A DNA stretch of 64,000 bases. Origin: a virus. A program made the translations under genes and the position numbers. The stretch's first letter is position 1, and each line of letters starts with the position of its first letter. The stretch lies in the IMG/VR virus record IMGVR_UViG_3300020123_000589, positions 32,001-96,000 of that record; one strand, written 5' to 3'. Of the stretch, positions 1-10,608 are shown one piece after another. The notes below the pieces were generated by a model. The model saw nothing but the letters and a program-made list of their open reading frames with translations. It was not told where the DNA came from and searched no databases.

Positions 1-43
1 ATTCGACAATACTTTTATTTGTAGGGAAGATTGTCAAGTTTCT

Positions 44-241
44 ATGATGAAAGAGGATATCGATGTTCAAGTATCGGCTAAGCTTGGCAGACTTGTTACA
101 AAAGAATTTATAAATGAAACATGCAGAAATTGCGGATTGAATAATGCTTGTCAAAATCAAAAACTTGCAGATCAATTAGAAAAAGGATTACCAGGAGATA
201 ATAATGGGACACAACCAGAAGGGCCAGCTAAAACAAGATAG
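44..241 (+). CDS. small hypothetical protein (Cys-containing)
   Basis: 65-aa ORF with CRNC...C; overlaps the start of the next gene. Confidence 0.4.
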   Translation: MMKEDIDVQVSAKLGRLVTKEFINETCRNCGLNNACQNQKLADQLEKGLPGDNNGTQPEGPAKTR

Positions 242-860
242 CGACGAAGAAATTTCCCTTCCATCAAATGCCAATCCATTTGATGAATATGCTCACAATA
301 CGTATGAAGAATTACTAGAAGAACGCATCATACTTTTGAATGGGGATATCAGAGAAAACATAATTGAAAGAGCAGCTATCCCTCTCATGCAAATGGCGCA
401 AGAAAAAGGTCCCATTCAGATTTATGTGAATAGTTTTGGTGGGTCTATTAATGATAGCCAAGCCATCGTTGACATCATGCAAACGGTAGATAACCCAATT
501 ATAACGATGGCTTTTGGTAAAGCAATGAGTGCTGGCTTCGATATCTTTTTAGCGGGTGATTACAGAATTGCATATCCAAATAGTTTGTTTATGTGTCACT
601 CTGGGTCAGCTTCTTTGGGTCTTCAAACCCTCCCAGCATTAAATATTGAGGCCGAACTTCATAAAGAATACTTTAAACGTTGGTCATCGTTCTACGCATC
701 CCGAACCCAGATGTCAGAGAAGGAATGGTTAGATATTTTAAATGTGGGTAATAACAGATATTTCTTTCCAGAAGAAGCACTTAAGCTTGGAATTGTACAT
801 CATGTTGTTAGTCTTGGCAAGAAACCACCAATGAAACAAGTGCTTAAGATGAAATGGTAA
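204..860 (+). CDS. clpP: ClpP-family protease subunit
   Basis: ERIILLNGDI, IYVNSFGGS, AMSAG (catalytic Ser), FMCHS (His), EEALKLGIV motifs; SD GGAG upstream. Confidence 0.88.
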   Translation: MGHNQKGQLKQDSDEEISLPSNANPFDEYAHNTYEELLEERIILLNGDIRENIIERAAIPLMQMAQEKGPIQIYVNSFGGSINDSQAIVDIMQTVDNPIITMAFGKAMSAGFDIFLAGDYRIAYPNSLFMCHSGSASLGLQTLPALNIEAELHKEYFKRWSSFYASRTQMSEKEWLDILNVGNNRYFFPEEALKLGIVHHVVSLGKKPPMKQVLKMKW

Positions 861-864
861 TTTT

Positions 865-1122
865 ATGAAATTGTATATAGTGACTCTTTTCAGCCCCTCT
901 GGACTAAGTGACCAAATTATTAAAGTATTTTCCACCAAAGATAATTTGGATAAGTGGATGGAATGTGCTAGGTTGATGGATAGGGAGCTTTACGGAGATC
1001 AGGGTAGGGATGTAACGCAATCCTATAAGATTAAATCAGCCGATTTAGACAATCTTGATTTCATAGAGTTGTACGCTGATGCTAGAAGTCTTGGAGCCCA
1101 AGTTAAATCTAGTCAACCTTAG
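865..1122 (+). CDS. hypothetical protein
   Basis: 85-aa ORF directly after clpP. Confidence 0.65.
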   Translation: MKLYIVTLFSPSGLSDQIIKVFSTKDNLDKWMECARLMDRELYGDQGRDVTQSYKIKSADLDNLDFIELYADARSLGAQVKSSQP

Positions 1123-1135
1123 TGACGGAAACACC

Positions 1136-1170
1136 TTTAAAAATATAATAAAAACTGGTATAAGTAGGGA
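1136..1170 (+). promoter_or_regulatory. conserved intergenic motif copy 1 (putative phage late promoter)
   Basis: TATAATAAAAACTGGTATAAGTAGGGA; same core at 21871, 31475, 40578, 58651. Confidence 0.65.
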
Positions 1171-1224
1171 TTACAACATCTCTATGATTAATTTTATAAA
1201 AGGATCGACGAACTAGAGAGATTT

Positions 1225-1398
1225 ATGAGTAAGAAAGAAATCAAAATACGTAAGAAATGGCCCGTTCCAGATTTTGACCCAACAACAAAGGTTCACAAGG
1301 TTGACACTTCTTACCAACGTAAGAGCAATAAGAAATTGATTGAAGATGCTCTATTGGAAGCGGAAGAGGACGACCAAGATTTAGATTTTAATTTCTAA
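1225..1398 (+). CDS. small protein, basic N-terminus and acidic C-terminus (not in ORF track)
   Basis: ATG 1225 to TAA 1398: MSKKEIKIRKKWPVPDFDPTTKVHKVDTSYQRK...DLDFNF, 57 aa; fills the gap after the motif. Confidence 0.65.
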   Translation: MSKKEIKIRKKWPVPDFDPTTKVHKVDTSYQRKSNKKLIEDALLEAEEDDQDLDFNF

Positions 1399-1411
1399 TA
1401 GGAGACTCATC

Positions 1412-2470
1412 ATGAATTGGATTTCAGAGATGTTCGAAAATAAAGGTATAACCAAAGAAGCATCTACAGATGCTGCTCAAGAATTTCAAAAGAAAGTAAA
1501 AGCTTCTGGATGGGTTGAAGGTGCAATGGGTATTGATGAAACTTCCATAATCAAAGAAGCTGATGCTAAAATCGAAGCAGAGCTAAAAGTTCGTGACGAG
1601 TTGACCAAGGAAGCAGCCTATGAAGCTTTCCAAACAACTGAGGAAACCCTTAAACAAGATTACGCCAGGGACGCTTCTATATTGTCAGATTTTACTTTAG
1701 CATCCATGATCGCAGAAATGCGTGGACACGCTAAACAGGATTTTATGGAGAATGCAACAGAGTATTTTGAAAAGGCAAAGAAAGATGTCAAATCAGATCG
1801 CAAAGCTGCTGAGAAAGAACTTCTAGAGGGCACGGGAATGTCAGCTCAACTCGACTGGCGTAAATCTTTTGCTGATTATAAGAAAGATGAAACTCCTAAA
1901 CAGGCTACTGAGAAGGAACTTTACAATCCTAAGCTAAAAGATGTCAATGACGATCTTTCTAAGGGTGGAAAGGTTGATGCCTACGCTGAAACTGATGAAC
2001 AACACGCAAAAACTATGTTGGGCATTGGCCGTGAGGAGAAAGAGCGAACAGATGTTACAGCACAACCTGGAGAGATCCAGAAGGATGCCGCTCTCGTCCG
2101 TGACCCAGATACCGAACTCAAGGTTGGAACAATCATCCGTCTAGCTCGTTCCATCATGAGCCACGAAGGGCAGATTCTTAATGAAGGCACAAGCTGGGAA
2201 ATTACAAATATAGATGGATTTCATTATCGTCTTTCAGCTAATGGCCAAACACACGTAATCAGTTCTCATGACACACCAAAGTTTAATAAAATTGCTTCTC
2301 AAGAAATTGAGAATCACGCAACCAAAGAACAAATTATAACAAAACTAGCCGAAATTAATTCACCTTGGGCAGTAGTGGTTGATAAAGACGGAAAAGAAGT
2401 TGTAGCCCGTATTGCTGATGAACAAGTTTCAAAAGAATCTGAAGAAGAGTTAAAAGATTTAAATAAATAA
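1412..2470 (+). CDS. charged putative head-internal protein with K-x-A motifs
   Basis: SD AGGAG; repeated TKEAS/IKEAD/TKEAA/QKDAA/NKIAS; SH3-like segment LKVGTIIRL. Confidence 0.6.
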   Translation: MNWISEMFENKGITKEASTDAAQEFQKKVKASGWVEGAMGIDETSIIKEADAKIEAELKVRDELTKEAAYEAFQTTEETLKQDYARDASILSDFTLASMIAEMRGHAKQDFMENATEYFEKAKKDVKSDRKAAEKELLEGTGMSAQLDWRKSFADYKKDETPKQATEKELYNPKLKDVNDDLSKGGKVDAYAETDEQHAKTMLGIGREEKERTDVTAQPGEIQKDAALVRDPDTELKVGTIIRLARSIMSHEGQILNEGTSWEITNIDGFHYRLSANGQTHVISSHDTPKFNKIASQEIENHATKEQIITKLAEINSPWAVVVDKDGKEVVARIADEQVSKESEEELKDLNK

Positions 2471-2515
2471 GAAGTTGTCCCCTCCCCATTAAAAATATTG
2501 TAAAGGATACCTATT

Positions 2516-4108
2516 ATGGCTATTATTATACGTTCCGTCACCAACAATACACCTTATCTACTCACTTTAAAGGTTCCAAGTCTAGAAGCAAATCTTTCTC
2601 CAGTATCTGTTGCACCGTCAGCAACATTGGATCTTCTTTCAGTTGTTACCGAAGACGACCTGATTGCCATGCAACTTTATTTGGAAGGAATGGTTTCTAG
2701 AGGAAGTCTAACTGTTGCAGCTACGTTTGATACAGCTACATTAGAAGAGGGTTATAATGGTGGAGGTGGCGGCGGAGCTAATACGACGTTAAGTAATTTA
2801 ACGTCACCCACAGCACTAAACCAAGACATTCTTCCAGCTTCTGATGGTAGTCGATCTTTAGGAAGTTCTTCAGTACAATTTGGTCAACTCTATACTTACA
2901 ATGTTATTTCTAATAATGATGATTTGGATCTTACCTCAGCATTTAATGTTTATTTAGCTTCAGGACCCTCATCCGACATTATATTAAATGCGGGTTCAGG
3001 GCATATTAATGTAGATACACATAATATTACAAATATGGCAGACCCCGTTAATCCCCAAGACGCTGCCACAAAGAATTACGTTGATACGCATAGTGCAGCT
3101 CCCGCCGGAAATCCAAATGATATTCAGTTCAATAATGGTGGAGCTTTCGGTGCAAATGATGTTTTTTTCTGGGATAACAATACAGAAACGTTAAATGTTC
3201 CAAAAACAGGAATTGTAATTAGTCCGTTGGGTGGTGGCAATTCAGATGGATCAATTGGGGTTGATAATGGCCACAATCTTCAAATTGCTGCAAGTAATAC
3301 TAATTCTGCATCGTTAATTTTATTTGGTTTTACTCCTAACATGTTCTTAAATCCAACAGGAGCATCGGGTGTTAATGATACAAGTTCTTCTAATACTGCC
3401 GATCCTTCAGCAGCCTGGGATATTCAATCAACTACAAAAGGACTACTTCTCCCACGTCTAACAACAGTTCAAAGAGACGCTATAGTTTCTCCAGCAACAG
3501 GTCTTGAAATTTATAACACCGATACTAATCAGGATGAATATTATAACGGAACTACCTGGAACGCAATTGGAAATACAGCAGTTGCAGGTGCAAATACTCA
3601 GCTTCAATTTAATGCCAGTGGGAGTTTTGGTGCAGATTCCAATCTTGTATGGGATAATACGAACAAGGTTTTAACTGTTACCACTGGAGATTCACAGTTT
3701 TATGCTATTAGTGCCTCTCCCGCCATAAAAATTCTTGGACACGCCTTATCGCCGTCTGCCGAGTTAGATTTTTATAAGAGCGATAATAGTTTTGCTTTGG
3801 GATCTATTTTCACCGATGAAACGACAAATAACTTTGCCATTGCTGGTGGTAATTCAGCGGGGGATATTGTTATCAGTCCTTTTTCGGCTAAGGGTGTATT
3901 AATTAATAGTAACTCTTCTGCACATCCAGATGCGAGTGCAATGTTTGAAATAGATTCTACAACACAAGGTTTTCTCTCACCTAGAATGACAACGGTGCAA
4001 AAAGATGCAATAGCTTCTCCCGCTGAAGGATTAACAGTATACGATATAACACTGCATAAATTAAGTGTTTGGACTGGAGCAGCTTGGGAGACTGTAACAT
4101 CGGCGTAA
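2516..4108 (+). CDS. virion fibre/decoration protein
   Basis: Gly/Thr/Asn-rich; DPVNPQDAATKNYVD, IQFNNGGAFG and two PRxTTxQ(R/K)DAI repeats. Confidence 0.7.
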   Translation: MAIIIRSVTNNTPYLLTLKVPSLEANLSPVSVAPSATLDLLSVVTEDDLIAMQLYLEGMVSRGSLTVAATFDTATLEEGYNGGGGGGANTTLSNLTSPTALNQDILPASDGSRSLGSSSVQFGQLYTYNVISNNDDLDLTSAFNVYLASGPSSDIILNAGSGHINVDTHNITNMADPVNPQDAATKNYVDTHSAAPAGNPNDIQFNNGGAFGANDVFFWDNNTETLNVPKTGIVISPLGGGNSDGSIGVDNGHNLQIAASNTNSASLILFGFTPNMFLNPTGASGVNDTSSSNTADPSAAWDIQSTTKGLLLPRLTTVQRDAIVSPATGLEIYNTDTNQDEYYNGTTWNAIGNTAVAGANTQLQFNASGSFGADSNLVWDNTNKVLTVTTGDSQFYAISASPAIKILGHALSPSAELDFYKSDNSFALGSIFTDETTNNFAIAGGNSAGDIVISPFSAKGVLINSNSSAHPDASAMFEIDSTTQGFLSPRMTTVQKDAIASPAEGLTVYDITLHKLSVWTGAAWETVTSA

Positions 4109-4112
4109 TAAG

Positions 4113-4304
4113 TTGAGGTTGTTAGCTATGCTTTGTGACAAGGATAATGTCCCGTTAAAGATTGGTGACACTGTTACAAAGGATGGCTGTCTTTATATTG
4201 TTCGAGACGTTGTGGTTTATGAGTTGGCAGTAGAATTGGTATGTGAGGATAAATTAACAAGAAATTATAAATCCTTTCAGCCACGAGATGTAATGAAAAT
4301 TTAG
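4113..4304 (+). CDS. small hypothetical protein
   Basis: DKDNVPLKIGDTV motif; real start probably ATG 4128 after GAGG. Confidence 0.55.
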   Translation: MRLLAMLCDKDNVPLKIGDTVTKDGCLYIVRDVVVYELAVELVCEDKLTRNYKSFQPRDVMKI

Positions 4305-4316
4305 AGGGTAAATAGA

Positions 4317-6314
4317 ATGGGAACACTTTATACAGTTTCAAGTACTGATGGAAGTATTACTACAGCGGGAGCGATTACATCCACGTCAACAACTCATGGT
4401 TTTCAACCTCCCAGTATGACAACAACTCAGAGGAACGCCATTCCCACACCAGCCGATGGTTTGATTGTTTACGATACGACTCTTCATCAACTTTGGGAAT
4501 ATCAAAATGGAGCGTGGGCTGAAGTTGGTGGTGGTGGAAGTACTCCTCCAGCTGGCGCAAATACACAGGTTCAATTTAATAACTCAGGTGTTTTTGGTGC
4601 AAGTTCAAATTTTACATGGGATAACGGTGCTACGACACTTAGTTTAATTGGAACTTTACCAATTTTAAGTTTAAGATCAGATACAGAAGCAGCTGTTGCT
4701 TTTCAATCCGCCGATGGTTTAACTACTTTTGGAACATTGATTGATTTAGGAGCTACAGGAATTGGTTTAAGTCATCCCACTCTTGTAGATACAAATGTAG
4801 GAGCACTACATTTAAGTGTTGCTTCGACCCAAGCTTTTGTAACTGATGGTCCTGATACTCCTGATGATCCTAGTGCTATTTTTGAAATAACATCAACTAC
4901 TAAGGGTTTTCTTCCTCCCCGTCTAACTACATCTCAAAGAGATGCTATTGCTTCTCCTGCTACTGGATTAGAGATTTATAATACAGATACGAATGATGTA
5001 GAGAAATGGGATAGTACATCGTGGAAATCTATTGGTAGCGTAACAAGCAATGAAAAAATCTATTTGGGGAATTCAGATAATGCTTGGATTAAATTTGACA
5101 CGGGGATTAATCAGCTTCAATTTCATTCTAAAGCTAGTAATGTAGCCCAAAATTTTACTTTTGGGGCTGGAGAAGCTGTAGATGCAACTATAAATCTTTC
5201 GACTCTAAATGGAGGAACTGCTTCAGTTTCTTTAGAGAATTCTTCAGGATTTTTAGAATTGTTTGCAGGTACGAGTAATCAGATTAACCTAGAAGGTCAT
5301 GTTTATGTTGATCCTAATGAGAATGACATTCTTATGGACGCTTCTGCTGCTTTGCAAATAGATTCAACAACACAAGGATTCCTCCCTCCTAGAGTAACGA
5401 CAACGCAGAGAGATGCCATTTCAACCCCAGCAACTGGTTTACAAATTTATAATACAACTACAAATCAATCAGAATTTTATAACGGAACAATTTGGACATC
5501 TGGTGGAGGTGGTGGATCTCCTGGTGGAGCTAATACAGATATTCAATTTAATAACTCAGGGGCATTTGGTGGTGTATCCACTTTAACTTGGGATGGTACT
5601 TCAGTAAGTGCAACAGGTCTTTCTGTTGGTAATGGAATAATCGCTTTTCCTGGTGGGGATTTAAATATACAAACAGGTGGAAATTTAGCTATTACTGATG
5701 GCAGTAGTTTTGATATTAGTGGTGGTGGAAATATATTTGTTACTGGTGGTCAATTACAGGCCAGCACGAGTACTTTTTCCTCTAATCCTTCTGCTCTATG
5801 TCAATTAGATTCTACAACACAAGGTTTTCTCCCCCCAAGAATGACAACCACACAAAGGAATGCTATCAGTAGCCCAGCTACTGGATTGGTTGTTTATAAT
5901 ACTACTTTAAACGAAACAGATGTTTATAATGGGACAAGTTGGGTTTCAATTGGTAATGGTAATTTTCCATCAAGAGTATCTAATGTAGCATTAACAGCCC
6001 AACCTTCCGCTATTGCTACGACAACTTTATTTACTCCAACAACTACGGGAACTTACAGAGTCTCAGTATATATTGTAGATACAGCGGCTGGTAGTGCTGG
6101 AACGGTGGCAGCAACAATTGGGTGGACTGACGATGAACAAGCTCAGACAATTTCTACTTCTACTGTTCCATTGGCAACATTAGGTGCGTTTACGAACTCA
6201 ACATTTTTTATTGAAGCTACTTCAGGTAATAATGTTACGTATGCAACCACATTTGTAGGAGCCCTTGGAAGCCCACAATATTCATTATATGTAACGGCAG
6301 AAAGACTTTCATAA
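4317..6314 (+). CDS. virion fibre protein with four STTxGFxPPxxTTxQRxAI repeats
   Basis: repeats visible in translation; GANTQ/DxQFNNSG motifs shared with 2516..4108. Confidence 0.72.
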   Translation: MGTLYTVSSTDGSITTAGAITSTSTTHGFQPPSMTTTQRNAIPTPADGLIVYDTTLHQLWEYQNGAWAEVGGGGSTPPAGANTQVQFNNSGVFGASSNFTWDNGATTLSLIGTLPILSLRSDTEAAVAFQSADGLTTFGTLIDLGATGIGLSHPTLVDTNVGALHLSVASTQAFVTDGPDTPDDPSAIFEITSTTKGFLPPRLTTSQRDAIASPATGLEIYNTDTNDVEKWDSTSWKSIGSVTSNEKIYLGNSDNAWIKFDTGINQLQFHSKASNVAQNFTFGAGEAVDATINLSTLNGGTASVSLENSSGFLELFAGTSNQINLEGHVYVDPNENDILMDASAALQIDSTTQGFLPPRVTTTQRDAISTPATGLQIYNTTTNQSEFYNGTIWTSGGGGGSPGGANTDIQFNNSGAFGGVSTLTWDGTSVSATGLSVGNGIIAFPGGDLNIQTGGNLAITDGSSFDISGGGNIFVTGGQLQASTSTFSSNPSALCQLDSTTQGFLPPRMTTTQRNAISSPATGLVVYNTTLNETDVYNGTSWVSIGNGNFPSRVSNVALTAQPSAIATTTLFTPTTTGTYRVSVYIVDTAAGSAGTVAATIGWTDDEQAQTISTSTVPLATLGAFTNSTFFIEATSGNNVTYATTFVGALGSPQYSLYVTAERLS

Positions 6315-6336
6315 GAATTTATAAGAGGATAATTAT

Positions 6337-9300
6337 ATGCTCGATAAACTAGCTGGTTTGGCAACTCAGATACGCGATTTGGAACGCAGTCTTAAAGAGA
6401 TGGATACTAAGAAAGCAAATCCCACAAAGGTTAAAGAGATTACAGATGTAATCAAAGACCTGAAGAGTATGCTTGAAGAAAAAAAGCAGAAGAAAGAAGA
6501 GCGTAGAAAAAAGAAAGAAGAATCTGCCAAAGCTGAGCCAAAAGTTGAAGCCACTGTTCAGCCTACCGAGGTTGTTAAAGAATCTGCTCCAACTCCTACC
6601 GAAGAAGTAGTAAAAGAAGCTGATGTAAATAAATTTGCAATTGATTCTAAAGTGGAACCTATTCGCGGAACACCTGGAAGTTGGGGTGTCGTTATTCGTG
6701 AGGCAGGAATTAATGGAGATCCTCTTTGCTACGTGAAATGGCACGAAGGTACACTTAAGGAAGCCCACGGTGAATATGGTGCGTATTATCCAAGTGATTT
6801 GCGATTGAAAGCTGAAGTAATAGCTGAAGCTAAGGACCCAACAGATTACGTACCTCGTGAACAATTATACAATCTCGAAGCCGATCTTAAATCCAACTAT
6901 GAGAAAATGATTTCTGATTTACAGGAAGAGATCAAAACAGCCCAAGACAAAGGTGAATATGCTTGGGTTGGAAGGCTGGAAGAGAAGCTTGCTGATGCAC
7001 AAAAAGCTTATAAAGAGAAGTTTAGTGAGAAACACGCAGATTCACAATTTAAATGTGAAAACTGTGGTTCCGAACTTGGACCTCTTGGGCAATCCCATTT
7101 AGAGAATCTTCCAGGTGGAGAACAAAAGTGGACTTGTAATAAAAAGAAAGCAGAAGATGAAAATGGTTCTGGTGGAACTACACGTCTTAAAGTAGTTGAT
7201 CAGAATCCTCCATATGATAAAGATCCTCAAGAGAAATCAACAGGATATGGCGGTGATCGTCCAATGGGTGCTATGATCGCTCCTAATAGTGACGAAAACT
7301 CTTTACCTTTGGAATCTTCTTTAAATAAAGATGCAACACACACTCTTAAAATTAAGAGTCTCGATGATGCTCAAGCCGAGTGTTCAGAAGGTGATTGGCA
7401 TTTTAGTGGCACAGGGGCTAGAACAAAAGAAGAACTTGAAGAACAATTTAAGAAACATACACATAAGAAAGCGTCTCTAAAATTTGCCGACCTTGATCTA
7501 GACTCCATAGATAAACGTTGGGCTCTTTATGTTGATGGAAAGCTTGCTATTCGCACCCTCACCCGCTCTAAGGCAGAACGCATTGCTAAAGAAAGATTCC
7601 CAGAGCAAGTAGCTGCTGGTAAGTACGAAATTAAACGAGAAGATCATACACCCGTAGAAGCTTCTTTAGACAAACAAGCTATCAACATAACTGTAGGCGA
7701 AAAGCTTTTTGTTGTTAATCCTTTAGCTAAAACAGCAGATAACGAGTATTGCTACGATGTCAATTTAGCTAATGGTTCTAAACTGTTTAAAATTACTTCG
7801 AAAGAAGAAATGGGACAGGAACATCTCACTTATGTTATTGGCACAGAGCTTGGACAGAAGAAAGAAGCCAAAAATAAATGTGTAATTTGTAATATGGAGT
7901 TTGATACATGGCCAGAGTATGATGCACATAAGAAAGAAAAACATAGTCCAAAGATGGCTAAACTTACATCCAATCTCGCCTTTTTAAAGAAAGGTTCATT
8001 TGTTTCTATTCTAGATATTGATAATACTAAAAAGCAAGTTAAGTTTGCTTCCTTGGATGGTTCACTTAGAGGGTGGGCACCAATGCAAAAGTTTGCTACT
8101 ATGGATGTTCCAGAAGCTAATTTAATTGATCATGAAGGGCATAAAGATGAAGTATTGGCTGACAACGGTGGGAAAGAGATTCTTGTAATTTGCCCAGCCG
8201 GATCAGTTAATGTTGAGTGGCGAACTATTGAAGCTCCTCCAGCTACACCAGAGAGTTTGAATGATATTGAAGCAGCGGGACGATTGAAAGTCGGAGATCG
8301 TGTTCGTGTGTCGGAAGGTTCTGGACTTGAATCTGGGGTGACTGGAACCATCGTTTCTATGTGGGAATTTAACTCAAATATTGGAACAAATGAACGAGGG
8401 GTTCCAAATATTGAAGGATATTATAAACCCGTAGACTGGTCACGAGAAGTTCCTCTAAAACTTGATGATGGTTCATACATAACGATGTTTAAGAACAGAG
8501 TATGGCCAGTCAATCCTGATGTAACAGCCAAAGCAGAATTCCCAGGTGGGCAATGTGCTGGATGTGGTAAAGATCTTCCAACTGTTTGGGGCGAAACTTA
8601 TTGTAAAGAGTGCTCAGACAAAAAAGGTTTGCCACAGAAAAAAGCTGATGAAGAAATGCCAGAAAATGAACAATCCGAAGAGGATATTTATATTCATGAT
8701 GAACGTGGGCAAACTATTGCCTCAAGCCCCGCTCATGGTATTATTGCTAAACAAATTGGTGATGATTGGGAAATGCTTTATGCAGATATCGATCAGTGGA
8801 TGATTGACAATAATTTTTTTCCATCCGTTTGGTGGGTAAGTGACCACGGAAATGTTCATAAAGCAGAAAGTTTTTACGAGTGGACATCCAATAAAACTAA
8901 AACAGCATCATTAAACAAAGATGCCCACATTCGCCACGAAGATGGAAAATGGGTTATTTATAGTCATGACTTTAAAAAGAAGCTTGGAACATATGATTCT
9001 AAAGAAGCCGCAGAGAAACGCTTAAAGCAGATTGAATACTTTAAACATGAAGGATCTTTGCAGCCACTCTCGAAGAAAGAAGCAGTACAAAAAGAGGCTC
9101 TTGAGAATCAGCCTTGCGATGAGTCTGGATGCAATGAACCAGCCGTTCAATACGGTCATGGTGGTGTATGGTGTGCTAAACATAAAAAATCTTCTAATAA
9201 AGAAGCTTCATCTGAAGTTCCTATGCCAGCAGATAAATGTGAAGAATGTGGTAAGGAACTTGGTCCAGAAGCATTCCTTTCCAAATGGCCAGTTTGTGGT

Positions 9301-9843
9301 AAATGCACAAAGAAACGCCACGAGAAAGCTTTGGGTAAACATAAGAAAGCCGATCAAGATATTTCTTTGGAACAACAGGTTCAAGGATTTCGAGATCGCA
9401 TGAATGCTGTAACCGAAAGATTGGCTAACCCCCCTGCCAAAACAGCCGATTTAGAAACAACTCAGGATCTATCTAATGTGGATGTTAAGGATCTTTCCGA
9501 AGGTATTCTTCACATGATTGATATGATCGAATCTAAAGTGGGAGAGAATGTTTCAGCCGATCCAGAACTTCATCCAATGCTTGAGGATCTTGAGAATAAG
9601 GTTTACGAGATTGAAATGAAGCTTGGAATTAAACCCGAACTTCCCGAACATGAGAAGGCAGAGCCCGAACATAAAGAGATTGTTGAAGAAGTAGAAAAAG
9701 AATCTGCTGTTGAAGTTAAAGCCGATGATGTTAATACACCACCGCAAACACTTCCACCTACAGGATTCAAATATGCTTGGGACCCCAAGAACATGGCTTG
9801 GATTTTAGTTCAGATTACTGGTGCTCCAGGTGGCGGCTACTAA
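6337..9843 (+). CDS. large multi-module (polyvalent-like) putative head cargo protein
   Basis: 1168 aa; several CxxC zinc modules, SH3-like LKVGDRVRV and an HIRHEDGKW module, separated by K-x-A linkers; SD GAGG. Confidence 0.65.
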   Translation: MLDKLAGLATQIRDLERSLKEMDTKKANPTKVKEITDVIKDLKSMLEEKKQKKEERRKKKEESAKAEPKVEATVQPTEVVKESAPTPTEEVVKEADVNKFAIDSKVEPIRGTPGSWGVVIREAGINGDPLCYVKWHEGTLKEAHGEYGAYYPSDLRLKAEVIAEAKDPTDYVPREQLYNLEADLKSNYEKMISDLQEEIKTAQDKGEYAWVGRLEEKLADAQKAYKEKFSEKHADSQFKCENCGSELGPLGQSHLENLPGGEQKWTCNKKKAEDENGSGGTTRLKVVDQNPPYDKDPQEKSTGYGGDRPMGAMIAPNSDENSLPLESSLNKDATHTLKIKSLDDAQAECSEGDWHFSGTGARTKEELEEQFKKHTHKKASLKFADLDLDSIDKRWALYVDGKLAIRTLTRSKAERIAKERFPEQVAAGKYEIKREDHTPVEASLDKQAINITVGEKLFVVNPLAKTADNEYCYDVNLANGSKLFKITSKEEMGQEHLTYVIGTELGQKKEAKNKCVICNMEFDTWPEYDAHKKEKHSPKMAKLTSNLAFLKKGSFVSILDIDNTKKQVKFASLDGSLRGWAPMQKFATMDVPEANLIDHEGHKDEVLADNGGKEILVICPAGSVNVEWRTIEAPPATPESLNDIEAAGRLKVGDRVRVSEGSGLESGVTGTIVSMWEFNSNIGTNERGVPNIEGYYKPVDWSREVPLKLDDGSYITMFKNRVWPVNPDVTAKAEFPGGQCAGCGKDLPTVWGETYCKECSDKKGLPQKKADEEMPENEQSEEDIYIHDERGQTIASSPAHGIIAKQIGDDWEMLYADIDQWMIDNNFFPSVWWVSDHGNVHKAESFYEWTSNKTKTASLNKDAHIRHEDGKWVIYSHDFKKKLGTYDSKEAAEKRLKQIEYFKHEGSLQPLSKKEAVQKEALENQPCDESGCNEPAVQYGHGGVWCAKHKKSSNKEASSEVPMPADKCEECGKELGPEAFLSKWPVCGKCTKKRHEKALGKHKKADQDISLEQQVQGFRDRMNAVTERLANPPAKTADLETTQDLSNVDVKDLSEGILHMIDMIESKVGENVSADPELHPMLEDLENKVYEIEMKLGIKPELPEHEKAEPEHKEIVEEVEKESAVEVKADDVNTPPQTLPPTGFKYAWDPKNMAWILVQITGAPGGGY

Positions 9844-9855
9844 CAGGGGCAAATT

Positions 9856-10608
9856 ATGAAAGAAATGCCCACGGCAATCCTGCCAGCAGATTCTGAATAT
9901 GTTTATGTACCCGACACGGACAGTTGGAATGTTCAGAAAAAGTCAGGTAATAAAAAACTGTCCAAAAATGATTACGGCAAGGAAGCAATTTGTCCAATTT
10001 GTGGTGAATGGAAACCTTCCAAATATTCCCCCGCTGAATTACAAGAAATAGATTGGGCATGTTCCGACTGTCTTAGTAAACATCCTAAAGAAGTACAGGA
10101 ATTAGAACAAAAGGAAGAGATGGGAGAAGCTCCCCCTACGCTTCCATCAAAACCTACTCCCCCAGAAAATCGTGGTCAAAAAGAAATTACCAAATTTGAT
10201 CCAGAATTTGAATGGCTCCTTAAGCTTGTAAATGTTGCAATAAAAGCAGGAGTTCCCGCCTCTGAAATTAAAGCACTTTCTCAATCCCACCCTTTCAAAA
10301 CCATTGATGATGCTGGCGATTTAGCCGCGCAGATTTGGACACTTGCTACCGAAAAATATCAGATACCGCGAGAATATTTGATTAAGAAACTACCTGAAAA
10401 AAGATCCAGTTTAAAGACTGCTTATGAAGGTGGTTATCCTACCGAAAATGATGCTACAACTTGGGGTACTGCTGCTCCTGGTACTTATGCGTATCAACCA
10501 AATATTACACACGATGCTCCTACAGGATTACGTGAAGGTGATACTGGGGAACCGATCACCATTTGTCCTAAATGTAAATCAGATAGAGTTGAGCAGTGTG
10601 ATGATTAA
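9856..10608 (+). CDS. multi-module protein; probable N-terminal part of a gene split by an HNH insertion
   Basis: CPIC..CSDC zinc ribbon; ends with half a zinc ribbon (CPKC) just before the stop. Confidence 0.6.
   Translation: MKEMPTAILPADSEYVYVPDTDSWNVQKKSGNKKLSKNDYGKEAICPICGEWKPSKYSPAELQEIDWACSDCLSKHPKEVQELEQKEEMGEAPPTLPSKPTPPENRGQKEITKFDPEFEWLLKLVNVAIKAGVPASEIKALSQSHPFKTIDDAGDLAAQIWTLATEKYQIPREYLIKKLPEKRSSLKTAYEGGYPTENDATTWGTAAPGTYAYQPNITHDAPTGLREGDTGEPITICPKCKSDRVEQCDD

Noticed and set aside
204-860. ClpP as the head-maturation protease
   Set aside because: It lies far from portal and MCP, and a better candidate (32833) is in the canonical position; not fully excluded
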